Positions 25,659 through 37,182 of a DNA stretch of 64,000 bases are shown in pieces. A program made the position numbers and the translations under genes. Position 1 is the stretch's first letter. Each line of letters opens with the position of its first letter. The stretch is from a virus. Taxonomy: Duplodnaviria; Caudoviricetes. A model generated the notes under the pieces. It ran no database searches, was not told the DNA's origin, and was given only the letters and a program-made list of their open reading frames with translations. The stretch is taken from positions 21,909-85,908 of the IMG/VR virus record IMGVR_UViG_2882178878_000003; one strand, given 5' to 3'.

Positions 25659-26058
25659 TACGCTTTTCGACTTTGCCCGTCAACGCTTCCTAGAGGCACA
25701 GATCAATTGGCAAACCGATACGATCAAGGTAATTTTGGTTGATACTGGTGCGTATACGCCACAAACAGGCGTGCATCAGTATTTATCTGATATTTCAGCA
25801 TCAGCACGTATTGCAGGACCAGTAACCTTGACCGCCAAGGCAACTACTGGCGGCGCGGCAGATGCGGCAGACGTTACTTTTGCTGCGGTAAGTGGTGCGA
25901 GTATTGAGGCTATCGTAATCTATAAAGATACTGGTAGTGAAGCGACCAGCCCATTGATTGCTTTTATTGATACTGCTACTGGATTACCAATTACTCCTAA
26001 TGGTGGTGATATTATTGTGACGTGGGATAACGGCACTAACAAAATCTTCAAGGTTTGA
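25651..26058 (+). CDS. Virion structural protein (tail-associated, probable)
   Basis: 135 aa, Ala/Thr/Gly-rich and beta-rich; in the late operon. Confidence 0.6.
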   Translation: MANTLFDFARQRFLEAQINWQTDTIKVILVDTGAYTPQTGVHQYLSDISASARIAGPVTLTAKATTGGAADAADVTFAAVSGASIEAIVIYKDTGSEATSPLIAFIDTATGLPITPNGGDIIVTWDNGTNKIFKV

Positions 26059-26136
26059 GTATATAAATCAATAACTTGTGGATAGTGAAAATCCATTATC
26101 CCAAGTAACAATGGTCTTACGCATGAGTGCAAAACT

Positions 26137-26460
26137 ATGAATAAACCAAAGAAACCGCCCACACAAGGTATCGGCGTACAAGGCTTTAAAGCTGATCTGT
26201 ATGCCTCCGATATTCCACGCATTGACTGGCACAGACTAACCAATATTCCTAAGTTTCAAATGTATGCCACAGAGCATGCAGGCAAAACCTATGGCGATGT
26301 GTCTAACGTCATGGAGTGGATAGTAGGTTACGTGCAAGACCAGATTCATGCTGGCAATGAGCAACAGTTATTTGATGCTTATAGCAAATGGCATGATGAA
26401 AAGGGTTATTGGAAACAAGAAGATTATTACGGTGTATTGCTAGAGAGTCGAGGACAATAA
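26137..26460 (+). CDS. Hypothetical protein
   Basis: 107-aa ORF in the tail operon. Confidence 0.55.
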   Translation: MNKPKKPPTQGIGVQGFKADLYASDIPRIDWHRLTNIPKFQMYATEHAGKTYGDVSNVMEWIVGYVQDQIHAGNEQQLFDAYSKWHDEKGYWKQEDYYGVLLESRGQ

Positions 26461-26462
26461 AA

Positions 26463-27113
26463 ATGGAAATACTACCTTATAAATATTACAGGCTTTACAT
26501 AACCAAATCTGCTGCAGGTGGTAATGGCTATTTTTCCATGAATACTTTCAGCATGTTTGAAACAAATGAAAGCACCACTGATCTTTGTATAGGTGCAACA
26601 GCAACAGCAAGTTCAAACTATAATGCTTCTACTGATGCACCAAAGGCAATTGACAATAATGCATCGACGTACTGGGAAACAGCATCAACTTCGGGTGATA
26701 AATGGTTCAAAGTTGAGCTACCTACTGCGAGAAAAGTCCGGAAATTAATAATAACTGCAACCAATTATCAAGATGAGATGCCAAGTGCTTTCATTTTTCA
26801 GGGATCGAATGACAATATTAATTGGACTAATCTTAAAACAGTTAACAGGGGAACTTTTAATTCACCTACTTCTTACACCGAGTTATTAAGCACAGTTGTA
26901 GGTGGTAAAAGTGTGTTGGATAGTGGTGATCCAAGTTTAAAAGTGATTCTTTTCAATTGGCAGACCATGCAATACATCATTCATACAACACCTAATGCAT
27001 CGGGTGACTGGTTTATATATTTGAATGATACAAGTGATGTATTAATTACACACATAGGGCCAGCTGGATATCAGCCAATAAGTGATGGACCTATAACTCC
27101 TATGGTGTATTAA
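26463..27113 (+). CDS. Discoidin (F5/8 type C) carbohydrate-binding domain protein; candidate receptor-binding subunit
   Basis: ATASS.......AIDNN.STYW.......WFKVEL and F.FQGSND..NWT motifs; YRLYI element; AT-rich. Confidence 0.7.
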   Translation: MEILPYKYYRLYITKSAAGGNGYFSMNTFSMFETNESTTDLCIGATATASSNYNASTDAPKAIDNNASTYWETASTSGDKWFKVELPTARKVRKLIITATNYQDEMPSAFIFQGSNDNINWTNLKTVNRGTFNSPTSYTELLSTVVGGKSVLDSGDPSLKVILFNWQTMQYIIHTTPNASGDWFIYLNDTSDVLITHIGPAGYQPISDGPITPMVY

Positions 27114-30100
27114 TGCCATTTTATGCACCACCGTTATATCGTAACGTAAATGTCCGTTTAGAGGGAGGTTATATACCTCCGAACGCTGTTGGTGGGGTAA
27201 AAAATCTTTCCTCCGCAGGGAGATATGACTATAAGCCTTCACATTATAATAATGTTAATGCTCGTTTATTATCAGGATATATTTTACCCAATCCAGTTGA
27301 ACAGTCTAAAATACTGACTCGCACAGAGTACAGTGGTGCATTACCTCAAACAATTTCTGTAAGTGGTGAAGATTATTTAGAAATTGGTAACAGTCGTGCG
27401 GATCTAAAAATATTATATCTTGTGCCAATTGGAGTGGAATACCCTTCAATTGGTAGTGCGCATATTAGAAATAGATCAGAAAAAGTATATGTAAATCATA
27501 ATTACGCTCCCCCAACATCTACCCAGGTAACGCTTTCTGCTAACCACCAAACAAGCACGTCGGCCTATTTAACTCGCCCTGGCAATTATAATGTTTTCGG
27601 CTTTTTATCAATTAGTAATAAAAATAGGGTGGTTGCAACTGAGGGTAAAGACTTATCGGATTTTGGTTCACCCAAGCTCATTCTAGCTGAAAGAAAAATC
27701 GTTGCATCGGGATTTGTAGCATCAGGGATTGGTACACCTTTTGTTCAAGATACAGCGGTTAAACCATCGGGTATAGATTCTTTAATATTCAGCAAACCCA
27801 CTATTTATAATTTACGCCAATATGTAAAAAATAGAGGGATACCACCCTTTGAGCTTGGCATAGCTTATTTACAAGGTGGCGTTAAATACATTACAGCTAG
27901 TGGCTTTAGCTCTAATGTATTTGGCGCTACGACTGTTATCAACACTAGAGCAGACCAATACTTACAGCTAAGTGGCGAAGGCATCACGCCGCCATTACTA
28001 GCAAGCCCTAATGTATCACCACGGATATTGTATCCATCAGGCATTAAAGCGGATGCTTACGGCCAGCCGCTAGTGCAGCGCAACCCCAGCCCCTTGGGAT
28101 TTGTAGATACCAGTTATGGTGATGCTTGGGTTTCACATAGTCCACGTTATCTATTAGCAGGCATTGGCGATAGCTTTGTTAGTGGCTATCCACAAGTATT
28201 CGACCCAACGCGCACGATTTACTTAGCAGACAAGGGTATCGAGGGCGGTATCTTTGGCGATACTGCTGCCAAGAATACACGTAGAATAATAACGGTAGAT
28301 GGATTCCAAGACAGTCAGTTTAGTAGTTTTGCCACAATCTACAGCACACGCAGATACATTAATACCATTGGGTTTGATGCGCAAAATTTTGGCAATAGTG
28401 AGATTTACAATAAAACGCCATCACTTGCGCCTAATGGCTTTGATTCGCTGCAAGGACTTAACCCTAGTATTGGTTATGCCATACGCCATATTTACCCGTC
28501 AGGCTTTGATTTACTAAAAACTGGTAATGCAGTAGTCATAAAGACACCAGAAATTAAGCCTGGTGGCTTTAATGCTCAGGCGTTTGGTGCGCTATTCATA
28601 TCCAACTACACCAGATTGATTGAAGTTGCGGGTAAGTATTCGCAAGAGTTTGGCGAACCAGCAGCGTGGCATCGGCTACGCAAACTGCAACACGAAGGAT
28701 TCACAACAGATTCTTATGGCAAGCCGCGCATTGAGCATGGTCGCAGAACGCTACTTGCATTAGGTAGTAATCATTCACTGTATGGCCAACCATGGCTATC
28801 TTATGCGATACGCAGCATAGCCGTTAGATCAATCTATACTGAGTTTGCCAGTAACCACAATGTTGGTGGTTTGCAGTTTATTGATGCACAAGGTTTTATT
28901 GCTACTGAGTTCGGCACGCGAATCATTCCAGAAGTCCAGTCACTAGCGCCATTTGGGTTTAGCAATAGCTATGGCCTTGCTACCATTGACTTAAAGACCA
29001 AGTACATCGCACCACAAGGCTTTAAAACCAGTATTCAGGAATCCTTGCGCTTTGGTACGCCGAAGTTTTACAACCTCGTTCAATACATCACACAAAATTA
29101 TGACGCTGGTAGTGGCTTGGTTCCACCACAATGGCCGCAGTGGACTGCCATTGAAAATAGAAACAAGATCATTGGTGCGATTGGCAGTAACTTTACCAAG
29201 GTCGGAGAGCCAAACCTTTATAATAATGCGCGACTGATTGAGCCAAGCGGCATTGACAGCTTCAAGCATAGTGGCTTGCTGATAGCGGATCGTATTCGCT
29301 ACTTGCGCCTAGAGGGTATGGAACCACCGTATATTAGTGGTTGGTCAAACGTCCATAATGATGCGCGAGTAATACAGGTTGGTGGATTTAGTACGCAAGT
29401 ATTTGGCAGTGCAACTATAGAGAATACAAGGCGCTACTACCCAAGAGTGGGTAATTGGGAAAGCCTAGAATTTGGCACACCGATGGTTGCAGATGCAATC
29501 CGAACCATTGATATTGAATCGCGCTATGGCATTAACCCGCCGTACATACCAGTGCCAGATATTCAACTACGGCGCAGATACCTTGATGAAGTTGGCAAGG
29601 ATGATCATTTACGCATGGGTGAGCCGTCACTAATCATTCACTTTAATATCATTGCGCCACGATGGTCACAGGTTGACCGCTTTGGTGAGCCGCGCCTAGT
29701 AAATGTCACGCCAGAAGTGCATACCTACGGCCATAACAGCGAACTATTTGGCAATGCCAGTGCGCGCACTTCATTTAGAGTGGTTGAGCCAGACGGCAGC
29801 CTAATGGAATTGTTTGGCTTGACTGGTATTGCTGATCGGAATCGCGCAGTTATCGTAAGTAGTTTTAATGCTGGCGCGATTGGCAGTGCTATAAAAGTTA
29901 TTAAGACTGGACAGCCGCCTTATACGCCGCAATACATTTGGCTTGATGAGGCTGAGATTGATGGGGTTTCTAGTGGTGGGTATGGCATTGACGTGCCAAA
30001 GACACAGGTTTCCAATCCTTTCGTGCGTAGTAATGTAATTAGTCCTGAAGGCTTTGTTGCTACAAGATCGGGCAGTCATCACTTGCAGTCAAACGGAATT

Positions 30101-31039
30101 ATTGTGGATATTGGTGTTCCGTCAGCGCCATTCGGCAGCGCAAACGTAGGATTAAAAAACAGGCCATTTTCTATAGGAACAATAGGCGATTCAATGTTAT
30201 TTGGTTTCCCATCGCTATCTCCGCACACAATATACGCAACAAAGGATGTTACACAGCAGGCAATCACAAACCACCCTTTAAGTAGTATATTTTACGATGT
30301 TGGCTCAAGCCCAGGTATTTCGCCAGCAGGAGAGAGGTTTGGAAATATCACTCTTACGCTTCAGCACCGCACTATTTTAAGGTGTGGCGCAGGCAGTCAA
30401 TTAAGTATTGGCAGTGCTAACATTAGACTAACAAAGCGATTAATTGACCTAAATAACAATGGCTTTAGGTCGTACCGAACTGGATTCCATTCAGTTGGAC
30501 CATTTGAGCTAACTTTAATCCAATACGACTCTATAGATTCGGCAGCGTTTGGCGCGACAAGCATTATTCAGCCGACAGCCACGAAAACAGTAAGAGCAAT
30601 TGGCGGCTATTCTCAGCTATTTGGGATATGTTCGCTTCAGTCAACAAGGATGGAATTGAAGCCACAAGGATTTGATGCGCAAGGCTTTGGTAAAAATGCA
30701 CCACCTAATAATCCGTTTATGTGGCAAGGCATGCGCATTGGCGAGCGCGTACTAGGCAACTATGGCGGATTTGATGCGCTCGGTATTGGCGATATATTTA
30801 TTTCAAACAGAGTGCGTGGCATAGACCCAGCAGGGTTTGATGCGTTCATTTGTGACTATGACTACACTAACTTCAACAAGCGCATGCGTGTAACAAAATC
30901 AGTGATTGAAAAGCCAAAACAATACGTCAGTGCTGTAGGGTTTGTGACTGATGATATGGGAGTGCCTAATATCAGGCCAGCAGCGCATTACATCAGACCG
31001 GATGGTAATGCTGATCAATATCGCAAGGGGGCATGGTGA
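27113..31039 (+). CDS. Large tail/fibre-like structural protein
   Basis: 1308 aa with a recurring GF....FG...I motif; translationally coupled in the tail operon. Confidence 0.6.
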   Translation: MPFYAPPLYRNVNVRLEGGYIPPNAVGGVKNLSSAGRYDYKPSHYNNVNARLLSGYILPNPVEQSKILTRTEYSGALPQTISVSGEDYLEIGNSRADLKILYLVPIGVEYPSIGSAHIRNRSEKVYVNHNYAPPTSTQVTLSANHQTSTSAYLTRPGNYNVFGFLSISNKNRVVATEGKDLSDFGSPKLILAERKIVASGFVASGIGTPFVQDTAVKPSGIDSLIFSKPTIYNLRQYVKNRGIPPFELGIAYLQGGVKYITASGFSSNVFGATTVINTRADQYLQLSGEGITPPLLASPNVSPRILYPSGIKADAYGQPLVQRNPSPLGFVDTSYGDAWVSHSPRYLLAGIGDSFVSGYPQVFDPTRTIYLADKGIEGGIFGDTAAKNTRRIITVDGFQDSQFSSFATIYSTRRYINTIGFDAQNFGNSEIYNKTPSLAPNGFDSLQGLNPSIGYAIRHIYPSGFDLLKTGNAVVIKTPEIKPGGFNAQAFGALFISNYTRLIEVAGKYSQEFGEPAAWHRLRKLQHEGFTTDSYGKPRIEHGRRTLLALGSNHSLYGQPWLSYAIRSIAVRSIYTEFASNHNVGGLQFIDAQGFIATEFGTRIIPEVQSLAPFGFSNSYGLATIDLKTKYIAPQGFKTSIQESLRFGTPKFYNLVQYITQNYDAGSGLVPPQWPQWTAIENRNKIIGAIGSNFTKVGEPNLYNNARLIEPSGIDSFKHSGLLIADRIRYLRLEGMEPPYISGWSNVHNDARVIQVGGFSTQVFGSATIENTRRYYPRVGNWESLEFGTPMVADAIRTIDIESRYGINPPYIPVPDIQLRRRYLDEVGKDDHLRMGEPSLIIHFNIIAPRWSQVDRFGEPRLVNVTPEVHTYGHNSELFGNASARTSFRVVEPDGSLMELFGLTGIADRNRAVIVSSFNAGAIGSAIKVIKTGQPPYTPQYIWLDEAEIDGVSSGGYGIDVPKTQVSNPFVRSNVISPEGFVATRSGSHHLQSNGIIVDIGVPSAPFGSANVGLKNRPFSIGTIGDSMLFGFPSLSPHTIYATKDVTQQAITNHPLSSIFYDVGSSPGISPAGERFGNITLTLQHRTILRCGAGSQLSIGSANIRLTKRLIDLNNNGFRSYRTGFHSVGPFELTLIQYDSIDSAAFGATSIIQPTATKTVRAIGGYSQLFGICSLQSTRMELKPQGFDAQGFGKNAPPNNPFMWQGMRIGERVLGNYGGFDALGIGDIFISNRVRGIDPAGFDAFICDYDYTNFNKRMRVTKSVIEKPKQYVSAVGFVTDDMGVPNIRPAAHYIRPDGNADQYRKGAW

Positions 31040-32265
31040 TGGCAACACGCTTATTTCCATTGGCAGGCATAAATAATGTGGTGCATGACGATCAGTTGCA
31101 GCAGGGCGGCGATAATCCAAAGCTGTTTGTGCGTGATGCAGTCAATGTCGATATCAGCGTAACCGGACGGCCATCCCTGCGCAAAAGTGGCGAGCAGGTG
31201 ACTACCCTTAATTATAAAAACCTATGGCAAAGCTCACTGCATCGGGACGTATTTGCTAGCCTCAATAATCAGGTTGTGAAAGTGAATCCCGATACATGGG
31301 ATTATGAGGTGATCCTGGACAATGTAGATACAGTCATTGTCTGTTTTGAGCTGGTCAATAATGCAGTATTTATCTCAACATCAGATGGTATTTTTATTTA
31401 TACCGGTGGTGAGAAGGCTCAAGCTTTAGTAATTGATACGCCAGCTCAGCCACAAGCTGGGTTCACAACAGGTGGAATGCTCTACGGCGGCACCTACGTG
31501 ATTGCAATTTCATGGCTGCGTGGTCAGATAGAATCAGGGCTGTCAGAAAGCACAAAAGTTATGATTGCAAACGCAATTGGAAGTGACCAATTTGATGGTA
31601 GCTATGCTGCTATCCATGTGAACTTGCCCTATTGCCTTGATGGCACAGTAACAGGTGTCCGGGTATACATCACTACAAGAAACGGTGCTGCGTTGCTCCA
31701 TTTTGCTGACTATCCCATTACAGATACCACTATTGTGATTAATGATGTAGACCAGCTTGGCATGACTGCCAAGTTCGAATATTTGTCACCCATGCCGTCA
31801 GGGAAAATAATGCGCTATTGGCAGGGTCGTTTACTGTGTGCTGATAAAAATATAATCCGCTTTTCCCAGCCAATGGCTTATCACCTGCATGATGAGCGTC
31901 ATGATTTTGTGATGATGCCGCAACGTATTACTTTTTTAGTGCCGGTTGATGGGGGCTTATGGGTTGGCCAAGTGGATCATGTTGTATTTTTAAGTGGCAG
32001 TCAGCCAAGCGACATGCGTTTTGTTAAAAAAACCAGTCGGCCGCCAGTACCCAATAGCGCAATTTCCCTTGATGCCCAGCAGGTGGGTAGTGAGATTTCG
32101 CAAGGTGGCGGAAAAACGGCATTATGGCTGGCCGAAAATGGCTATGTACTGGGAACGTCAAGCGGGCAAGTCATTGAGTTGCACGCTGGCATCATGAAGG
32201 GAATTAGCGCAAAATCTGGCACCTCTGTAGTGCTTGATCGGCGCATACAAACTGCCGTAATTTAA
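31039..32265 (+). CDS. Tail nozzle/stabilisation-like protein (probable)
   Basis: ~408 aa, beta-rich, coupled to the previous stop (TGATG). Confidence 0.5.
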   Translation: MATRLFPLAGINNVVHDDQLQQGGDNPKLFVRDAVNVDISVTGRPSLRKSGEQVTTLNYKNLWQSSLHRDVFASLNNQVVKVNPDTWDYEVILDNVDTVIVCFELVNNAVFISTSDGIFIYTGGEKAQALVIDTPAQPQAGFTTGGMLYGGTYVIAISWLRGQIESGLSESTKVMIANAIGSDQFDGSYAAIHVNLPYCLDGTVTGVRVYITTRNGAALLHFADYPITDTTIVINDVDQLGMTAKFEYLSPMPSGKIMRYWQGRLLCADKNIIRFSQPMAYHLHDERHDFVMMPQRITFLVPVDGGLWVGQVDHVVFLSGSQPSDMRFVKKTSRPPVPNSAISLDAQQVGSEISQGGGKTALWLAENGYVLGTSSGQVIELHAGIMKGISAKSGTSVVLDRRIQTAVI

Positions 32266-32323
32266 ATTTTTATTTCGTAACACGGTGCGCATGAGTGCGC
32301 CATAGGATTAAGAGGATATTCCT

Positions 32324-32905
32324 ATGTCTGCACAATTGCGTAAAGAGCTGGCGCAAGCCTTAAATAAAGACCAATATGACATGACCGGGCAGGGACTTTA
32401 TTTCCCGCGTCAGGGCATTATGGCGATGGGTCAATATTTTGACCGAATCAATGGCGGGGAATGGCAGGAAACCCCAAATCTGGTGGTCACTGAAGGGTTG
32501 GCGCACATCCTGAACGTGGCTCTCGGTAGCAAAGTTAAATCAAGCGGCTATTATCTGGCGCTGTTTAGTGGTGCAACTGCCCCTGCTGCTAACTGGACAG
32601 CAGCAAACTTTGCATCAGTGGCATCAGAAGTGATTAGCTTAACCGAAGGTTATTCAGGTGCGACCCGTCCGCAATGGAATCCAGTAGATACCGCAACGAA
32701 CTCCATTGACAACATGACTGCCACCGCATCAGTCACCATTGCAACATCGTCTACCTTGAATGTGACAGGTGCGGCGTTACTCACCAACAGCACGCGCGGC
32801 GGCACGACTGGCACGTTGATTTCAGCGACCAAGTACGCAGCAGCACGCACGTTCCAAAATGGTGACGTATACGATATTGGTTATCGCTTAAGCCTCACGG
32901 TTTAA
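32324..32905 (+). CDS. Virion structural protein (tail-associated)
   Basis: 193 aa, Thr/Ala/Gly-rich; NLVVTEGLAHILNVAL motif. Confidence 0.55.
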   Translation: MSAQLRKELAQALNKDQYDMTGQGLYFPRQGIMAMGQYFDRINGGEWQETPNLVVTEGLAHILNVALGSKVKSSGYYLALFSGATAPAANWTAANFASVASEVISLTEGYSGATRPQWNPVDTATNSIDNMTATASVTIATSSTLNVTGAALLTNSTRGGTTGTLISATKYAAARTFQNGDVYDIGYRLSLTV

Positions 32906-32906
32906 G

Positions 32907-35504
32907 ATGTACGCACCGCGCCCATACGGACTGTTTGTAGATGGTGGCGAACTCACTGAGCGAGATAAAACCTTTATCTCGCATCAGATGCGCAAGCTCA
33001 CCAATACCATTCAGACTGAGGAAGTAACCAGTTACCGCCACGAGTACGAGTTGCCCGATGGCGGTTACGTTATTGTTCAGGATATGGGCGGCATTTTTAA
33101 GGCCATTGCCCGCAAAAAAGAGAAGTTTGAGAGTTTTGAGCCTGATGGGTTTGCAAGGTTGTACGTGCCAATGCTGTTTAGTGGCGTGATAACTAATGCC
33201 AGGCCGCGAAAGCCAGATCAGGAGAAGTATGGGCAGGGCGTTGGCTTTAAAATCACTGAGCAATGCCGCAACAGATTAAGAAACTACAATCCAAAAATCG
33301 AAAGACCAGCAAAACAATTAGAGTTGCAGCGATTTATCATTAAGCCAAACCAGATCACGGTGCCTGAGTTTGAGCCAAAAGATGATAATAGCAATTTCAT
33401 CACTACGCAATACGTGCAGCAGCGACCTACATGGTATAGCGGCGCAATGGTTGAGGTGATGCAGATTGTTGGTGGGTATGGCAGGCAAGATTTTAATGAG
33501 CTACCCAATAATGATATAGAGCGCGTGCGGTTTTTAATTCCAGATAAATATATCGTTGATATAGCCGACAAACTAAAAGGCTATCGCTTGCCTGCTTACA
33601 CGGGTATCCCGCCGATTGACGGCAAGTATCAGTATGACTATAAATTTAATAGCACCAATAGTATTAGCTTTGATTCAAGTGGTAAGCCGTGGTTGTTACG
33701 CATTAGACCAACAGGCATTTATGCCATGCCGCTACCCATTGTACCAGCGACCACAACGCCTGAGTTCAAGCAGTACGTGGAAGAAATTGGCGATGATGAA
33801 TTGCTTAAGATACTAGAGCGATTTGGTGGTATGCCAAGTGGTGAAGGCATGCCAGTAGGGAATGATTTTGAAGCATGGCGCAGAGCTGGTGTAATTATTA
33901 AAGTATGTGATACTTCTGATTTTTATAGTGGCATTGCGTATACCAGTGCTTGTGGATGGAGCTTCAACCTAAATGGTAGTGAGGGTTTTAATACATGCTA
34001 CACATTTGATAATGACGGCATTATTGTGGGTAATGCTTACGCAGCAAAACTGGAGCTTGCAGCCGCAGCCAACCATGGCTGGTTAAAAACAGAGTGGGTA
34101 TTTAAGAATCAAACAGAAACAACAATAGTAAATAATTATCTGCAATCCTTATTTGGCCTAATGGATGTGCCAAGACAAAGGGAACTTGCTATACGGTATA
34201 AGATTGGCAGGCAGAATACAGAGCAGATACTAAATCGCGCATTAGCAAATCCCACAATGGACAGAAAAGAGATTTTATACTGGGATAATCTGGAGTTAGA
34301 GCCTATTGCTGCGCACAAAGGCTCAGTTAAAAAAGTAAGTAGTGGGTTTTTATACCATCACGGCAATCCAAAATTTCACCCACAAATTAAGTTCCCATCG
34401 GTTGAGGCATCAGCCTGTATATCTTTTGATTTTTCCCCGCAAGGGCTTTACTTGTCCTCAAGTTACATCATTAGATGCGATACTATTATGTACGGATATT
34501 ATGCGGGAAATACACTTAAGGTTGTAAAATACTTCCTCGATACAAGATGGCACTATGCCGAGGTTGATAGCAATTTCGAGGAGATGATGACGGTTGGGCA
34601 GTGGCAGGAGGTGCGGCAGTCAGGACAATCGTCATTGTGGGGGAATTTTTATACAACTGATTTAGACTTTAGGGATTCGTTTGCCCCAACCATCACAACA
34701 ACAACAATTAAAGGCGAAGATAAGGGGTTCGATAGCAAGCCAAGATTTGCACAGGATTTTATTTTTTTCAGAGCGGGGACGGTATTTAGATATAGGTACT
34801 ACACACATCAAACCAGCATAACCAAAACAGAAGGAAGGAACCTATCAATAACGGCATGTATTCCATATATGATGCGTGACGCATTGATACTAGGTGAGGC
34901 AAGAGGTACATCGGGAACAGAAAAAACAGAAGGTATCGCCTTGCGTGCTATGCGCGACCCAACATCATACCGCTATTGGACAAATGATTTTCTTTTTGCT
35001 TTTATAGGAGGTTTGGAGAAAATGACTGGATTGCCAACGCCAAAAAATGGCGATCCTGTTTGGGTTGAAATTGAGAATTATGAGCCATCTGAATATTCTG
35101 ATTTTGCAGACCAAGGATCGTGGTTGCCTGATCTTCCTTATGATATTACGTGGCTAATTCACCCCGTAAGGAATGAATGGCTTGGCGGTGGTGGTGCCCC
35201 AAAAATACAGGAATACTCACATACAACAAAGACTGATGGTGAAAAATATGGTTCTCTCTACTTTAGTGTGAGCGAAAACCCATACAAGATAAACTCCAAG
35301 CCTCCCGATAATGCGTATTTTCTATCGTCACCCTCGCAGTACGGCGACCTGTTTTATCGGGATGGCTGTAGGGTTGGTTTTGGTGACTCTGAGTATGTCA
35401 ATATTTCAGAATCGGGAAATAATAACTTGCGCAAGTCATGGGGCTATAGCGCATTAGTGGACCATAAATCAGCGCATCATTTTATTGGGGTAATCAATGA
35501 GTAG
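32907..35504 (+). CDS. Large hypothetical tail protein
   Basis: 865-aa ORF coupled within the tail operon. Confidence 0.55.
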   Translation: MYAPRPYGLFVDGGELTERDKTFISHQMRKLTNTIQTEEVTSYRHEYELPDGGYVIVQDMGGIFKAIARKKEKFESFEPDGFARLYVPMLFSGVITNARPRKPDQEKYGQGVGFKITEQCRNRLRNYNPKIERPAKQLELQRFIIKPNQITVPEFEPKDDNSNFITTQYVQQRPTWYSGAMVEVMQIVGGYGRQDFNELPNNDIERVRFLIPDKYIVDIADKLKGYRLPAYTGIPPIDGKYQYDYKFNSTNSISFDSSGKPWLLRIRPTGIYAMPLPIVPATTTPEFKQYVEEIGDDELLKILERFGGMPSGEGMPVGNDFEAWRRAGVIIKVCDTSDFYSGIAYTSACGWSFNLNGSEGFNTCYTFDNDGIIVGNAYAAKLELAAAANHGWLKTEWVFKNQTETTIVNNYLQSLFGLMDVPRQRELAIRYKIGRQNTEQILNRALANPTMDRKEILYWDNLELEPIAAHKGSVKKVSSGFLYHHGNPKFHPQIKFPSVEASACISFDFSPQGLYLSSSYIIRCDTIMYGYYAGNTLKVVKYFLDTRWHYAEVDSNFEEMMTVGQWQEVRQSGQSSLWGNFYTTDLDFRDSFAPTITTTTIKGEDKGFDSKPRFAQDFIFFRAGTVFRYRYYTHQTSITKTEGRNLSITACIPYMMRDALILGEARGTSGTEKTEGIALRAMRDPTSYRYWTNDFLFAFIGGLEKMTGLPTPKNGDPVWVEIENYEPSEYSDFADQGSWLPDLPYDITWLIHPVRNEWLGGGGAPKIQEYSHTTKTDGEKYGSLYFSVSENPYKINSKPPDNAYFLSSPSQYGDLFYRDGCRVGFGDSEYVNISESGNNNLRKSWGYSALVDHKSAHHFIGVINE

Positions 35505-37182
35505 TTATCGGGACGATACCCAAGAAACAGCAACAGCCAGCGATGATACTTATGGTCGCATGCGAACCATTGCAGAAGAAGTCGTAACAGCCACCACCGC
35601 GCTACTGTTTGGTTTAACGGTGCTTACTACTGATACTGCTATTGCATCAGATAGCGTGACCGATAGCCGCTATCAGCTTATCCATGAATCCGCGCAGATC
35701 AGCGATAGCCTACTTGGTGGCAATAGTACACAAGCAACAATCAATGAATCAGCGCGTATTCGTGATACAGCCATTGCCAAACTACATGCGCGAACTGATG
35801 TGGTTGAGCAGGCGGCGGCTAGTGATATTGTCTTTGATAAGCAGATTCTATTTATATCTGATGCCGCCACGATTAGTGATAGCGTAGTTGCAAATAATCG
35901 CACTACAAATAATATTGTAGAAAAAATTAAGCTAAAAGATAGTTTATTTGGCTTTGCTAGAAAGCTAACCAGCATCACTGATACCGCAGCAGTTAGCGAC
36001 TATCTAAGTGGTCGCATCACGATCACATCACAAGATAACGCTACTGCGGCTGATTTTACAAGCAGCATTAATCACGCATCAGTATTAATCAGGGAATCAG
36101 CAAAAGCAGCAGATGTAGTAATTGGCGGCACGCATAAAAGAACATTGGTGGAAGACAGCTTATCTATCAGTGATACTACTACCTATGCACTAACCACACT
36201 AACAAATGAAAGTGTGGCTATATCAGACTACCAAACTTCAAAATTAAGCGCATCGGTATTAATCAAGGAATCCGCAAAAGCAGTAGATAGTACGACTGGC
36301 ACCATACACAAAGTATCGAACATTGATGAATCTTTTACGATTGGTGAAACCTTAACGCATCGCTTGCGTGGGCTAATAATTGATACTGCCGTTGCATCGG
36401 ACGCATGGACTAACCAACGGACTAGCACTGTACTCATTACTGAGCAAGCGCGTATTCGTGACCGCCTTGTCGGTGTAGCCAGTGAATTAATCCAAGACAG
36501 CTTAAGCATTAGTGATGGCACCACAGGCAAACTACGCGCCACAACTAAAATTATTGATAGCCTTGTCATTAGTGACTTACTACAACAACAAGTCACATAC
36601 AGGCAGACATTAAGCGACAGCCTGGTTATTAGCGATACCGTTACAGACCATCTATTTGCTAAGACCTTATTCAGTGATTTGTTATTCATTGAAGATAGCG
36701 TGATTGATAATGCTGCCACTGGTTTTGCATGGACAGCCAATAGTGATACCTGGGCAATGAGCCGCTACCAGGATTATCAGTATGACCAAATTAGTGTGAT
36801 TAATGGTGTCCTGTATGGCGTTAACGATAAAGGGGTTTATCGCATCGATAGTCAAAAGCCTGTAGCTGGGCATATCAAAACTGGCAAGCTGGATCTAGGG
36901 CAGGGCAATTTAACCCATCCATTGGCAGCTTACCTTGAATACGAATTTTCTGGGGAAAGTAAATCCATGCAGATTGGAGTTACTACCACACAAACCGGAA
37001 GCAGGCAGACTTTTTATTACCCCCTATCCGTTAAGTCAAATGGTGAGACTGTCAATGGCCGAGTGCTATTTGGGCGCGGCTTGCGCGGACGGCACTTTGC
37101 TTTTGAAGTGAACATGACTGCGGCCTATTGCTATATAAATGATTTAAGTATTGAGCTGGCGGCCAGCAAGCGGAGAGTATGA
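35497..37182 (+). CDS. Repetitive beta-rich virion protein
   Basis: Recurring (E/D)S..ISD motif over about 400 aa. Confidence 0.55.
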   Translation: MSSYRDDTQETATASDDTYGRMRTIAEEVVTATTALLFGLTVLTTDTAIASDSVTDSRYQLIHESAQISDSLLGGNSTQATINESARIRDTAIAKLHARTDVVEQAAASDIVFDKQILFISDAATISDSVVANNRTTNNIVEKIKLKDSLFGFARKLTSITDTAAVSDYLSGRITITSQDNATAADFTSSINHASVLIRESAKAADVVIGGTHKRTLVEDSLSISDTTTYALTTLTNESVAISDYQTSKLSASVLIKESAKAVDSTTGTIHKVSNIDESFTIGETLTHRLRGLIIDTAVASDAWTNQRTSTVLITEQARIRDRLVGVASELIQDSLSISDGTTGKLRATTKIIDSLVISDLLQQQVTYRQTLSDSLVISDTVTDHLFAKTLFSDLLFIEDSVIDNAATGFAWTANSDTWAMSRYQDYQYDQISVINGVLYGVNDKGVYRIDSQKPVAGHIKTGKLDLGQGNLTHPLAAYLEYEFSGESKSMQIGVTTTQTGSRQTFYYPLSVKSNGETVNGRVLFGRGLRGRHFAFEVNMTAAYCYINDLSIELAASKRRV

